A DNA stretch of 63,530 nt, the filler included, from Phoronis australis (lineage: Eukaryota; Animalia; Phoronida): NCBI GenBank assembly GCA_002633005.1. It is 5 parts of 5 records of this genome, joined end to end, with 100 filler letters (N's around TTAATTAATTAA, not from the genome) between each part and the next. Parts side by side here need not be neighbours in the genome. Positions count along the whole stretch, not along the records: positions 1 to 27,117 come from NMRA01000928.1; 4 more parts are not named here. One strand, given 5' to 3'. Each line of letters begins with the position of its first letter. Within the stretch, counting starts at the first letter, position 1. The notes beneath the pieces are model-generated. The model saw nothing but the letters and a program-made list of their open reading frames with translations. It ran no database searches and was not told where the DNA came from. A program made the position numbers and the translations under genes. Positions 1 through 12,512 of the stretch are shown in pieces.

Positions 1-922
1 ATCCCTACTAGAGTTACATTATTACTGAATGGTAGTCCTAACCTTGACTTTGTTCTCAACGAATTCCTCCTAAGCAACGTTAGCAAATTTTTATGTACCG
101 TTTGTCAATATTGTTGCATCTGATTTCCCTACATGAATCTGTAAATATTTTTGTTTTTATATATATGTAATAGCATGTCTAAGTATTGGAATACTTATTT
201 TAGATACTACTTAATTGTATATACCTCTATGTAAATAAGTTTCAATTATGAATTGTTTACAACCCAGATATAATGCTTCGCGGTTTCTGGGTTTGTTATT
301 ATTTCTTTGTATGTTCTGTGTATCCTTCAATAAATATATATCACAGTGAAAAAAAAAAGGATAAGTTACCCTCGTATATGACGTCAGCCATGACAGATGG
401 AGATAAAGAAGCACCAGCGCGTCTAACAGCCAAACACAGACCGTAGAGAGGGAGACAAACCACCTGACTTATGCTTGTTTGCTTCCCAACTGATTACGAT
501 AGATGATGTTCACGACTGAAACGAAGGATGTTTGCGTGAAAGTGTTTCCAGTCAACCGGCGATGGTCTAGGCGATTTGATCTTAATGTCTTTCCTGTTCT
601 CTGCATTTGATTGCTTATATGGAAAATTACCGTAAATTGTTAGCATTATTTTGGGAAATACTGATTAGTTTATTCTATGCCCATTGATGCTTCTAAGTTG
701 TTTCGAGTTGTAGACATATTTTCTGACTTTCTACCTTGGCCAGACTGAGAAATCAACTAAAGACCGGTTTTTGCCATAAGTCAAATGCATTTCACTCTTC
801 GAGTAGCAGGGTCTACGCCTATCGGTATCGATGAAAAATTCAAGCATTTTCAGTGAATCAGCAATATATATATATCATTCACTGGGATATATTGAATAAT
901 TGTTTTGTGGATCTCTCTTCAG

Positions 923-1039
923 GCTTCGTTTCACTTCCATCACAATACGACTCCTTTACACTATGCAGCTCTTGGAGGTAACCTGGGCGTTGTCAAGCTG
1001 CTGCTAGACAAAACGCCATATGCCACGGTTCGGGACTGC
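923..1039 (+). CDS. Ankyrin-repeat protein, exon A1 (ASFHFHHNTTPLHYAALGGNLGVVKLLLDKTPYATVRDC)
   Basis: TPLHYAA-xG-N..VKLLL ankyrin consensus; acceptor ctctcttcAG at 921-922; donor GTAAGT at 1040; 117 nt, phase 0. Confidence 0.8.
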
Positions 1040-3208
1040 GTAAGTATAAATACCAGATACATTGCATTAGCTTCACTAGCGATACTTGCGTCTACTCGAC
1101 CGGCCAGTGCTACGAAATTTAGCGTGACCTCACTGAACAAAGCATCACTGGCATAATCCGGTTCGTTAGAAAATAACGTTAAGATATTCTGATTTATTGA
1201 GGTTGAGAAGTACATCACTATACTGTTTCATCTATCGAGAAACAAATTTCTGGCTTGCCTTTACTGCAGCCACTGGAACACATTTAATTTACGCATTCCA
1301 CACAAAATCGTCCTTTAAGCACCCGAATTTGCAGGGCGCCAGATAAAAAATAAAGGCTTCATTATATTTTTCAGCTCATTGCCGTACCATGTGTATACAT
1401 GTGCGACAAATTTCTAAACCATGCACCCACACGGATTTCTGAGTGCATATCACCAACCACTCACAGGCCCACTCTGTCATATGCATTTCATGTTGGTGGC
1501 GCTGCTCTGAACGAGGATACTCGGCCCGAACGATTTCGCCACGCAGGAAATAGACCCACACTAGAGATCGAGCGGTTTATCTTGTCGAAGTCACAAAAGC
1601 ATTGCAAACATTCTGTCCTACATAAATACGTTGTAGAAAACATATTTGGTGGAGATTATAATGGTCAAAGACATTCCAAGACATGTGCTTTTGCCTAGGT
1701 ATGTTCCCCGGAAAAATTGAGATGCTAAAAACGACTATAAAATTTTGGCATTTTTCTCCCCAAAATCACAAATTCACGACTACCCAGGTACCAAAGCAGC
1801 GACAAGACTTCAAATGCTATTGACCTATAAGTTCCAGGGTAGATACATGTATAAAATCATGGTTTGGTCCTCTATAGCTCAAGAATGAAGAAAATGCAGG
1901 TCTGATGGCAATTATATAACCCAGTATTGACTGGTTGCCACGAATATCGGATCTGAAAGTCCTGGCATCTTGAAAGTACCTCTTTGCCAAAGGCTTTGTT
2001 GCAAATACAGGTACCCTCAAGAGAAACGGATTCTGAAAACATACGGTTGATTTTGACAAATTTTAGCCTAAACATGTGTGGAATCTTGTTTCCACTCTGG
2101 TAGTGGTGTACTCGTGAATATGGGGAGAAAATCTCATCTTCGCAATTTCGCAAGATTTTTTGCATCTTGATTTTGTTCTGGTATACATACCAAGGCACAC
2201 CCTTCCGGGTTTTCCAGCGTTTCTTTATCCATGGGAAAGTTCATTTAGTATATTTCCTTAAAGTAATGCAGGTTCCGTGAGAGAGTGGTAGCAACCGCTT
2301 TTGTTAAACTAATTTTTGATTTTGATCGGCCACTCTGTTTGTGGCGTTATCCCAATATGCATACCGAAGTTTCTCACACCGCTTGCCCTATTTCCGTAAA
2401 TACGTTTGAGGTTACTCGGGTATACCGGTGCACTTAAGTCGAGAGAGAGGCAATATAAATAAATGTAAGGTGTTTGCTCGTAGACAAGGTACTGTGGACC
2501 CAAAGATGCCCAAGATCTTCTTTCGCAAAGTGTATTTAAGCAAAATTTTTGAAAAATTCGAAAGGATTTGACACATTTTGGGAGTCAGAAGATTACTGCA
2601 CGGAAATGAAGCTAAATCAGGAGGCTTTTCAAGTGTGTCAAACATGCTCATTGAGTGCGTGAAAGAGAATTAAATACTACTTTAGTGTTTCATCTAATTT
2701 TAACAATGGTAGCCCTAATGTTAAAAGGTATTGAACATGATAGTATGTGTGATGATAATCGTCGTTCTTAAAACATTTGATCGTGTTATTGTCATAGCAC
2801 TACGGGCAACTTCAGCTAAAACATTGTTTCCAACGCGATATTATTCAGGGGTACTTACATGTGAACTTGTACTTATAAAGCGCTTATTCAGTATCCATTA
2901 GTTTTTTGCATCTTCGCCATTGTACAATGTACTGACTAAGATAGGTCACTTAATATTTGAATTATCGATTTGTTAGGTAATGCCATTAAAAAGTTTCGGT
3001 TTTGCTCACAAATCTCAGAATAGAGACACTGAATTGCTTTTTTCTCCTGATATCAATGATTCTCATGTTTCATTTGTTGTAAACCAAAATCGGAACAATA
3101 ATCACATAACCCCTCCCTATGAAGAACACCAGAATCAAGGACAGAGTTCTATCCTTAAAACAGAACAAACATTTCCCGGATTCAGTAACGGTTTCAATTC
3201 CATAGTGT

Positions 3209-3337
3209 GTGCGCGCACCCAGGGGGGGGGGGTCGTGGGCTCGGTCGAGTCCCTCATTTGGCAAAGTGAATAAAAAGGTCCGCCTCAGAGAAACAAAAAG
3301 TCCGAGAAAACGAGTCAAAAGTCCACTAAAAGGGCGC
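3209..3337 (+). mobile_element. hAT-like MITE fragment, same family as 34281-34395
   Basis: gcgcgcacccaggggg...catttggcaaagtg...aaaaaggtcc...gagaaac...aaaagtccactaaa matches the reverse complement of 34281-34395; superfamily assignment is inferred. Confidence 0.5.
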
Positions 3338-3707
3338 AGCCACACAGTTCACAGACCTGAAGGTGATACCCCGTTTTTTTAGTTCTCACGCTGTTTTGTT
3401 AGCAAAAAGGATGGGAACGCATGTAGTTAAATTAACATTTTTATTGTTTACATGCCAGCTGTTTATAGCACAATTGTTAAATAATGTGTAAAGGGTTACA
3501 ACTAAATATAATAAATGTCAGCAATATCAAGAATACAAATAAACCAGATCATTACGAGAGAGTCTAACCTTTGTATACTACGTTTTTATCAACTTAAAGC
3601 AGCACATGTCAAACATGCTATTACCTGTAACGATTAAACTTGGTGACTTGAAAAACGTACAATACATCTTGAAATTAAAATGTTTGTTTTCATTTTGTTC
3701 AATGCAG

Positions 3708-3809
3708 AAAAACCGAGGAACGCTGCATTTTGCTACATTGGGAGGTAACCTTGACATTGTCAATCTGCTGATAGCGAAGCAAGCGTGGGAAATCCAGCAC
3801 TTGGACGAG
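3708..3809 (+). CDS. Ankyrin-repeat protein, exon A2 (KNRGTLHFATLGGNLDIVNLLIAKQAWEIQHLDE)
   Basis: Ankyrin consensus; acceptor aatgcAG after a T-rich tract; donor GTAACT; 102 nt, phase 0/0. Confidence 0.85.
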
Positions 3810-5400
3810 GTAACTACACCCCCTCATGGGCGGCGCAGCACTGAAATAAGTGGGGACTATAGCCCCAGCCCCTATAGTGCACCGCCCATAGACCATGTGC
3901 GGCCCAGCATTGAAAAAGTGGGATGCAATAATCCCCCAGCCGCATATGGAGCCTCTGAAATCGCACTAGCGCAACACCTTTGTATTAAACTAGAAAAGGT
4001 TGACACAAAACATTTAAAACTCAATATCATGCTTTTGTCACAGTATTCACGTGCTAGAGACTTTTATTCTTTTAAATCAAATATGTGTTCAATGAACACA
4101 CAATGTAGCTGACAACATGCAAATAACGTGTCGAGTGCTACTTCAATACAAGCAATTATTTCTTCGCATGCTGTGAAAGACTTGTTTTCACTCGGGATGT
4201 CAAGTACCCCTTCCTGACATTGGTTGCACCTGATTGACTTCGCTGGTTCCTCTGGGTCAACTGGCTAGGGCATCTGGGTAGAATTCAATAACACTAGGAT
4301 CTCACTAGGACCTCGTTAGAAAAGCAAGACTTCGCGAGATTACGCGAGATACTGACGTGTATTTTCAATGAGACCACGTGACATTGGTTATATTTTCTCG
4401 CATCAAGGCAGTTTGAACTCTACGCTATTGATATTTAAGTTTGAATCGTCATAGAGATCCAATCAGATGTCTTAACCTGCTCACCAGGCGAAATTAAATG
4501 AGTGCACCTACTTTGTTGCGTGCAAGATGCTACCTCTCATTAAATTGTGTGTATATCCAAATGAAGTACTTCTTTACAAACTGCCCCCGATCTTCCGGAT
4601 TGCCAGAAACCACTCGAGAACCCGTTACTATTACCTGTGATCTTGCAAAAGTCTCGTTTTGCGAGACTATTTTGTCGAATAGAGTATGGTAACATGTCAT
4701 CCTTATCCTAATAAAGCAAGGCACAGTCTTACTATTTGCTCATCTCACTGTGAAATAACAATTGCGTAATATTTGGAATTTGCTAGGATTTTCTATATAT
4801 TCACGCTTGTATTTAAATGTATCAGTCGTGGTATTTTCGTTAAAACCACATTTTACTTAAAAATTGTTTCAGTAATCATTTACTGATTATAATTTTTCAC
4901 ATGGTTTTAAAGAGACATGGCATCTTTACGTGCAAAGTGCATTCTCTGCACTAAGGCCCAACTGCGTCATCGACTATTAATTGGCAAAATCAAGAACCTG
5001 GCGAAGTATAATAACTTTTTGTCAACTTTGAATGAACACTTGTTGCATTCATATAAAATTGGTGACCCACTTATGTGTATTCGCTGTGAAACCTTCATAA
5101 TGGCAGTGCTAGAACCATCACCTTTCATTGCTTGGTCAAATTACGAGGCTATGGCAAAGCATTTATGCAAGGTGGTAGTTGCTGACATGTTACTAGCAGC
5201 ACCTAAACTAAATGGTTAAGTTTGAAAAGACATTTTGAGCTTGTAGTGGACAAGTAGTCCGCATAGTGGGTTGGAGTTTTGGGGACGGTTGGAGATCATC
5301 CGAGTCGTTCACACACAATAGGCCTTTTGAAATTGACATGCAAGGTTGGTTAAAGTGATACATGGTGATTCCTGTTCTTAGTCATACAACTTTTGCAGCA

Positions 5401-5650
5401 GGGGCCTGTTCCAAGAAACTGACTTAAGTTCATTTTTGACTTAAGTTTAAGATTTGTCTTAACTTCCAAACTTTGAAACTTCCACATTAGGCAAGTAAGT
5501 CAAAGTTAAGACAAAACTTATGTCAAACACTTAAAACAAACTTAAGATCTCTTTCTTGAATTGGTTTTGAGACAAGTTTAACTTTTATTTTCAAATTTAC
5601 AAAAACTTAAGATTTGTCTTTGCTAAGTCAGTTTTGTTGGAACAGCCCCC
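5401..5650. mobile_element. MITE of ~250 bp with ~28-bp imperfect TIRs (Harbinger-like)
   Basis: ggggcctgttccaagaaactgacttaag versus ctaagtcagtttttgttggaacagcccc; CAG/CTG flanks; internal aacttaag-type repeats. Confidence 0.65.
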
Positions 5651-6222
5651 TGGTCTATTGTAAGTAAACACTTCTTAACAAAGGGTTTGTAGCCCCGGCT
5701 TAAAAGAATTGTTTCAGTACCCTGAGTTCTACGGGCTTCAAATTGTAGCCAAGACGAGACTGTAGGCCTGTACTATGGATCCGCCAGTCACTTTAAAATA
5801 ATATTCAATGCTGAAGACGTTATAAAGTGTTTTAATATTTCTTATCCTATGGATTTTCCCCCATGCAGTTCTGTTTTAGTGTTTACAAAAATATGCAGTT
5901 TATGAGAAAGAGTGAATTCGGGAATACTATAGTCGGGTGTTGTGTAAACAGAGCTATATTTTGCAAGAAAGTACTGGAGTAGTGATGAAAAATTGCGTTT
6001 TCAAGGAAAGTCCCAGTGCAGGCCGTGAGGGAGGGAGATTTTCCTGTCTGACACAAAAGTGTAGCGAATAAAGTGAAACTTGGGTTTACATGTAAGCTAA
6101 AAGTCTCCACGCATCAAATACATATACCGCGTAATGGCATTGTAGTTTCACAGTCTTATTAAGGTTTAGTGTTACTAAATTGTCCTGTGTTCTTATGTAT
6201 TTTGCATTCTCTCTCGACACAG

Positions 6223-6315
6223 CTTAATCGGACTCCTTTGCATTATGCTGCCTTGAGAGGTCACCCCGGCATTGTGAATCTGCTACTCAACATAGACTCA
6301 CACACAACAAATGAC
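6223..6315 (+). CDS. Ankyrin-repeat protein, exon A3 (LNRTPLHYAALRGHPGIVNLLLNIDSHTTND)
   Basis: RTPLHYAA..GH..IV.LLL consensus; acceptor acacAG; donor GTAAGT; 93 nt, phase 0/0. Confidence 0.88.
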
Positions 6316-7002
6316 GTAAGTAAAAATCTAGCAATCGTTAGAATTAACTTTCCAGCGTACGCCTACACGGTGCATGGGGAGAACTATTTGATCACTCCTG
6401 GTTTTTATTACCCACTTGCATGTACATGTATGCTATATAAAGTGTGCGATGTCCGGTGTAGGTTATTGCATCAAGACTCGTGATGCGCAAGGTTATTGGC
6501 TTACATGTATTTACCATTAATGCATACACGCGTTGATGGAATTTTTAAGGATATCTCGAATCTTATTCTGGCCATTTTTACAATATTTCACATATCTAAA
6601 GCAAAATACCATATATTTATTCTCGGGAAACTTCAAATAGCGAGAAAAAAGATTTAGCAGAATCACCTTGGAACCGCACAACTGCCTGGAAATTTGTTTA
6701 ATACTTTTCCGAGGTCAAAGACTACAGGGCTTCACTGAAATAGAATTTCTCGCCTGGTGCAGAGCAGCTTCTTATGTACCCTCAGTCCTCTCATTCACCG
6801 AGTCCCCGTAGTATTGTGTCAACGAAGTGTACATATAATAGAACGGTGCCGGGAAAAATGACGAAAGGTAGTTTTGATTCTGAGGGACTGTGCGTCTACA
6901 AACGTGCGACCGTTGATAACGAATGCTCTCAGAAAATGATATCTCCACGTTTACTGATTACATCAACGGTATTGGCAACTGTATTCAATGCACTACGGTG
7001 AC

Positions 7003-7800
7003 AGAAACTAAAAGAACCTTACCTTTTTGGATCTTTGTGTACACGTAGTTGACACGGACCAATACCGCCAGTTTTCATCCAACCACCTTTTAAAAGACAA
7101 ACATGTCGCCCGTACCCTCCTGGATAAAGCTGATCGTTACATCACCGACTACCAACACTATGTCGAAGAAGGTGACCATGCTGAAGATGCCTTGCGAGTT
7201 AATGGATACCAGGAATGGATGTTCACAGACCCCCAAGTTGCATATCTTCTGAAATTCTCGACGGTCCTACTGATGCCATCAGTGTCTGAACACCAACAAC
7301 ACACTTAGAGAACCCACTGAATTCCTTCATATATGAAACCCATCAACACCCTCTGATCCCTTCTAGTCAGACCCAAAGACGCAACCCCAATGGCCAAACA
7401 ATGTGGGGTCATATACCATCTGAAATGTGACCAGGATCCCAACCAAACCTTCACTGAAGAAACTAAGAGACCGTTCCTTACCAGATTCAAAGAACACCAG
7501 AAACTAGACAGACCCACAGCTGTGGGGAAACATATATTGGCGATTGAACATTCCATTTTCCTTTCATCATCCTAGATCTTAGCCAAAGACCAGAATTGGT
7601 ATGCTCGCATGTTAAAATAAACCATAAACATCAGCACTCAAGGCACTCTCTCGAACCGGGACCGAGGTCTCCACTTACCTCCCGTGTGTTCGATCATTCT
7701 GAACCAACGAAAGGCGGGAAACCCCTCACTCATTGATAAAGACCTGGCGGACCAGGTTGAAACGTCTGCACTCAATCTGCAGCGTCTCTAAGTAAGTGAC
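7003..7800 (+). mobile_element. Penelope-like retroelement remnant (RT C-terminus plus GIY-YIG endonuclease), frameshifted
   Basis: TDQYRQFSSNHLLKDKHVARTLLDKA resembles the PLE RT thumb; GVIYHLKCDQ...EETKRPFLTRFKEH...AVGKH resembles GIY-YIG. Confidence 0.8.
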
Positions 7801-8089
7801 TACTTTATACTGCAATACTTTCATGTGGTAAGCTTAGTTCCAAATTGAATGAGCATGGCTGGTTATGTGTGTCAGTTCCACTAGCCATCACTGATGACAT
7901 GAGTTATGAAACTTTCCCTCATTGAAAAACAACATGGCGATTATTCGAAATTTTCGAAGTCGGGGTGAAGTTGACATGGTTTGCAGGTGACGTTAGCATG
8001 GGCTGCCAACTTTACCCAAAGCCATGTCAACTTTAAGCTTTCACCTAATATGTACTTTCTGGCCAACTAAAACCGTTTTGACCTCTTTC

Positions 8090-8560
8090 AGGATGCTCGG
8101 ACACATACAAAGAGTACTCGTCGGAAGATCTATTAAAATGTGGTATCTGCATTTGAAGGTGGGATGACTAAAGCTGACGCAGCTAAAACGTTTAAGGTCC
8201 TGCAAAATCGCCTAAAGAGCGACCACATGAAATGTCACAGGGGCCAGAAGGTGCTGTCGGACACTGAAGAAAAATCAGTCGCAGATAATGTAGCAGTGAT
8301 GGCTGATTGGGGTATCCCCATAGACAAGCTGGATTTACGCCTGATGGTGAAGGCCTTTGTAGACAAAAGTGTTCACAAAATGAAACGGTTCAAATTAAAC
8401 TTACCTGGGAGAGAATTGGTTCACAGTTTGGAGAAAAGACACAAGCAAACCCTCGTAAGCAGAACATGTCAAAATACAAATTGTGCAAAAGCAAAAGTTA
8501 GCCAAGAAATCGTCTAAAAGTTTGTTGGAATCCTCGAGAAAACCTTGTACGGTGAACTGT
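8090..8560 (+). mobile_element. pogo/Tigger-type DNA transposase N-terminal fragment (psq/CENP-B HTH)
   Basis: ORF 8140..8517 contains VLSDTEEKSV...MADWGIPIDKLDLRLMVK...FKLNLPGRELVHSLEKRH, typical of CENP-B-type HTH; no DDE domain follows. Confidence 0.7.
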
Positions 8561-9013
8561 AGATCAAGACGCACGTGACTGGCGTGATCAAGTCATGATT
8601 GTAGACATTATTTTCTAAGGGTTTGAGCAAAAGGGTTAAACAGTAGGTTTAAGACCACTTTTGTACTTCCCATGGATTTGTATGTTTTAGAGATGTGGAA
8701 TCCTTTAGCTTAAATTGGTAACATTTGTGAAGTTTTCGTTGATGAATAAAGTTTTTATTCATATCAATTCCTTTTTGTGATATTGAATTTATTTTAGAAG
8801 TGTTTTTGTTTATTGAATTTTTAGTTGCCGATCACGAATTGGGGGTTCGTTATAAGACATAATTATGTTCAATATAGATCATAGGCTTCGCATATTGAAC
8901 TGTTTCAAATGTTTTTTGTTGTTGTTGGCTCAGCTGCTGAAATCCTTTTGGTTCGAATATTCGTGGCAGTCAAGTGGTGAATAAGCAGCGTTCAAGTAGT
9001 AAGCGCAAGAACA

Positions 9014-9112
9014 ATGGGGAAGGGAGCATTTTTCAGTGCGATAAATTGCACTAATTCATTCAAGAAAACCCAAGACGTGTCATTTTTTTACGTTTCCCAA
9101 GGATCCAGATAG
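9014..9112 (+). pseudogene. Degenerate THAP-domain N-terminus (transposon relic)
   Basis: MGKGAFFSAINCTNSFKKTQDVSF, then after a one-base frameshift FTFPKDPD; matches THAP C-x2-4-C...F.FP.D with the first Cys lost. Confidence 0.5.
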
Positions 9113-10651
9113 TTAAGGATTAATTGTTATCCGGTGTGTTCTGTTCGTGGTTTGAAGACAAATCGATCGCAGTAGGCAACTGCACAGGCTACACTTTGCC
9201 TTCTGCAGATGTACGTCTACTTAAATTATTTGTGAGGGAGCATCAGAAAGGTATACAATGTTATGGTAGTGATGAATTGTCTTGCTTTCTTCTTCTTACT
9301 TGTGTTACACCTATTGCACTGGTAGTAGCCTGGCGTATTCAATAGTGAACACATTCAAAATTGGATGGACATGAAACGAGCAGTGAACTGGCAGCACTTT
9401 GTAATGGAAAGCTGAAAAACACCCAGGATGGTTCTGGGGCATGATGACTATCCACCACTGAGAGGGATCAACACACATTTGGCACCCACCTGGTTAGCGC
9501 TCCTCCCTTGTACTCCTTTGCTGGTACCTGGGGGCAACTCCGCCTTGAAGTCCCAGGAGCAATCACTAAAATTATGTAGCCCATGGAGGTACATGTACAG
9601 TGTATGGAATGTTGTGAGGAACGGAAATTTGCCGTTAAGAATTGAAACATGATACAAATCACAATGTCTTTTGAAGGGAGATGACGAGAATGAAAACAAA
9701 CACATTTCAATATTGATTAAAACAAACATTTTCATTCTTATTTGGTTATAAGTGGATGTTAGTTTATGTATTTTACCCATTTTTAATTACACTGTAATTC
9801 TATTACACGCCGAACGTCATTAAGTTATGGATTTATAAGTGTTGACATGGTTCGGACTGCGCCGCTGAATGAGTGTTGCTTATTCACCTCTTGGGGCGCT
9901 AGTTTTTCAACCGATAACCATTTCAAGATGGAGGAATGAACTCTCCTATTCTATGTACACTCCTTGGTGTAACTAGGTAAAATTACCCTCTGCGCTAAGA
10001 GTCTGGTGATAACTAATACAACCAACCAGTCTGCGAGCAAAGGAACTGTAAACAAGATAAGTCTGACCGTTAAATAATGTTTCTGCAGCCAATTAAAAAG
10101 TTCCAGTCATTGTTTGTTTTTCATATTGCTGAGCCCTTGCAGCAAGTACTTGACACTTGACAACCAAACATGCGAATTTTAGTTGAATTTCTTTGCATGA
10201 AATCAAAAAAGACCAGAGCTTTGACCTTTATCGCCTTTTATTACAGTAACTTATATTCATCATATATTTTTTAAAACTCATTGTGTTACAGCTTGCTATA
10301 TGAATATTATACATGCCTACAGAGTATCGACTATCAGTCCCTAATCTACAAGGTTAAGTCCTGTTATCGAGAGAGGTATTTTTTTGCTAAAATTTTGGCA
10401 TGTCCCAAGTAAAAATTTCAGGGGGCATCAAAATAAACGAAAAGGTCAATGAGTGTATTATGGTGGTTGTTGTCATTTGAGGTGGATATGAATCCACTGG
10501 TAGAGTTTCAGCCTATGACGGGTCATGCAGATTTTTTTGATTTGAAAGTTTATATCAGAAATTGTTACTTAAAGTTTAAACCTCCGAAATATGTGCAGAT
10601 TGTGATTAGCCTTTACCACTTTTGTCCAAAAGAACTTCTTTTATATTACAG

Positions 10652-10744
10652 GTACTTGGGGCAGCTCCTCTCCATTACGCAGCTTTGAGTGGTAACGTGG
10701 AATGTGTAAAACTTCTGCTGAAAGACAAATTAAACAATGTTATA
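10652..10744 (+). CDS. Ankyrin-repeat protein, exon A4 (VLGAAPLHYAALSGNVECVKLLLKDKLNNVI)
   Basis: PLHYAA.SGNVECVKLLL consensus; acceptor ttacAG; donor GTAAGT; 93 nt, phase 0/0. Confidence 0.88.
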
Positions 10745-10853
10745 GTAAGTGTCAGGATGTTTATTAATACGCGAGCAAAATACCCGTTTCCTGAAATGGC
10801 TGAACGTCACATGACAACGTTCTCTATATGGACCAACGGCCAAGGAATATCAC

Positions 10854-10860
<7 letters not shown>

Positions 10861-10908
<48 letters not shown>
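10861..10908. repeat. (GT)24 microsatellite
   Basis: Read directly. Confidence 0.95.
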
Positions 10909-10909
<1 letters not shown>

Positions 10910-12434
10910 ACTTGGACGCTAGATTTCGCTATTCGCGATCTTAACAATAAAGGGGTAAAACGGTAAGCGTCGTACACAAAACTACAGGACTGTGGCACTA
11001 TGACAAACTAAATAAAATATGCCGATCTAACACCACAAGACGTAAAGGAATCAGAAGCAAAAGGCGTAATTGATCGTGTATTGATCGTGTAATAAGCCGC
11101 CAATACCACCAACATATCAGGTCATATGGACATCGGGTTCGGTCCGTGTTTCTATGTTGTTCTACTGGAGTTAGAGTAACCTAAGAGCCAGCTCCGACCT
11201 AGACCGGCTGCATCAGGTGAAAGTTGGCTGAGCTGACCACCTAATTCAGTGAGTGAAAAGACGGAACAATCGAATGAACTAGTCCTTAATTTATTCAAAT
11301 GTTCGCGCCTTTGAGTGAGCTGTGAACTCAGCCAACTTTCTCTTCCGGCAGCTAACATATCTCCTATTTCTGTGTCAGCTGTGTCGCCATTGCTTGTGTG
11401 TTTTTCAAGCTAATTTTGTTATAAGACGGAAATCCAGAATTTACGATTTCGGATATTTCACTTTTTTCAGTCACAAGTTACACCTTTACATTTTGCTGCC
11501 CTGGGACATAACTTGCTGAGCTTGAACTTGCTGAATATTTCAAAAACGCACGATTTCATTCAGGTAAGTGTGAGCGCCTGAAATAGTTTTCGTTTAAGAT
11601 GCATTTACTGGAATCAAAACTGTGCAAATTACTGCTATCAAACTCAGTTGGGTTATTGATAAAACATATACTAGATTAGAGAACCAGAAAATTAGCTAGT
11701 CATTGTGAAAGGCAAATTTCGACCTTTTAGAAGTAAATACGCTAAAGATTGCTCACATGTGAATTTCCCAATACATTTAAGCGAAACTTTTTAATGTTTT
11801 AAAATTGCAATGCTCCCGCATATTGCGCGTGACTTGTCAGACAGAATAACACCAATCCAGTAGCTTTTCCAAGGGGCGTATTATTTTGTATTTCTAACTT
11901 ATTCATATACATGTATCGTGCGTGTACGTGTATACGGCAGAGTGTGTGCAAACAATTTTTTTCTTTGGCAACTAGGCTTCAAATTTAGCTTCCTTTGAAG
12001 TCACCTGGATATCGGTGTTACAGCTTCCTCTCATGCAAACGTATCAATCACCATATATCACATTTACACTAATTTTCAAAACAAACGACTTTTATGAGCC
12101 AAAGTTTGATAAGAATGTCACGTTCAGTTTGTCGAAATTAAATTTTATGTAACATGAGCTTTTAAGTCTTACCGCTAAGTCTTTTTGTTAGAACAACAGC
12201 ACAGGATAATTGTATTCAATAACCAAGAATAAAAGCGTTCATGTCAGAGATTTGGACAAAATTTAACGTGAACTAAAACTTATTAATTTCCCTATGAAAT
12301 GGACATTTACATATAGGTGCACCCGAAACCGTTTTTGTCTAATTTATTTTGAAAACTTACTGCATACACTGCAGTGAAATATGAGACAGTACAGCACTGC
12401 ACATAATAATTAAAATATTTTTTTGATTTTGTAG

Positions 12435-12512
12435 GAAAACAAGTTGGGTCTCTTACACTACCTTGCTTCTAAGGGTACCTTTGAGCTTACTCCCCCAGAG
12501 CGGCTTCCCTAT
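12435..12512 (+). CDS. Ankyrin-repeat protein, degenerate short exon A5 (ENKLGLLHYLASKGTFELTPPERLPY)
   Basis: Not in the ORF track. Acceptor ttttgtAG, donor GTAAGT, 78 nt, phase 0/0; LLHYLASKG matches the first ankyrin helix but the second helix is degraded. Confidence 0.65.

Noticed and set aside
379-386. Perfect CRE palindrome TGACGTCA upstream of the first ankyrin exon
   Set aside because: A single 8-mer is expected about once by chance in 63 kb, and no TSS evidence is visible.
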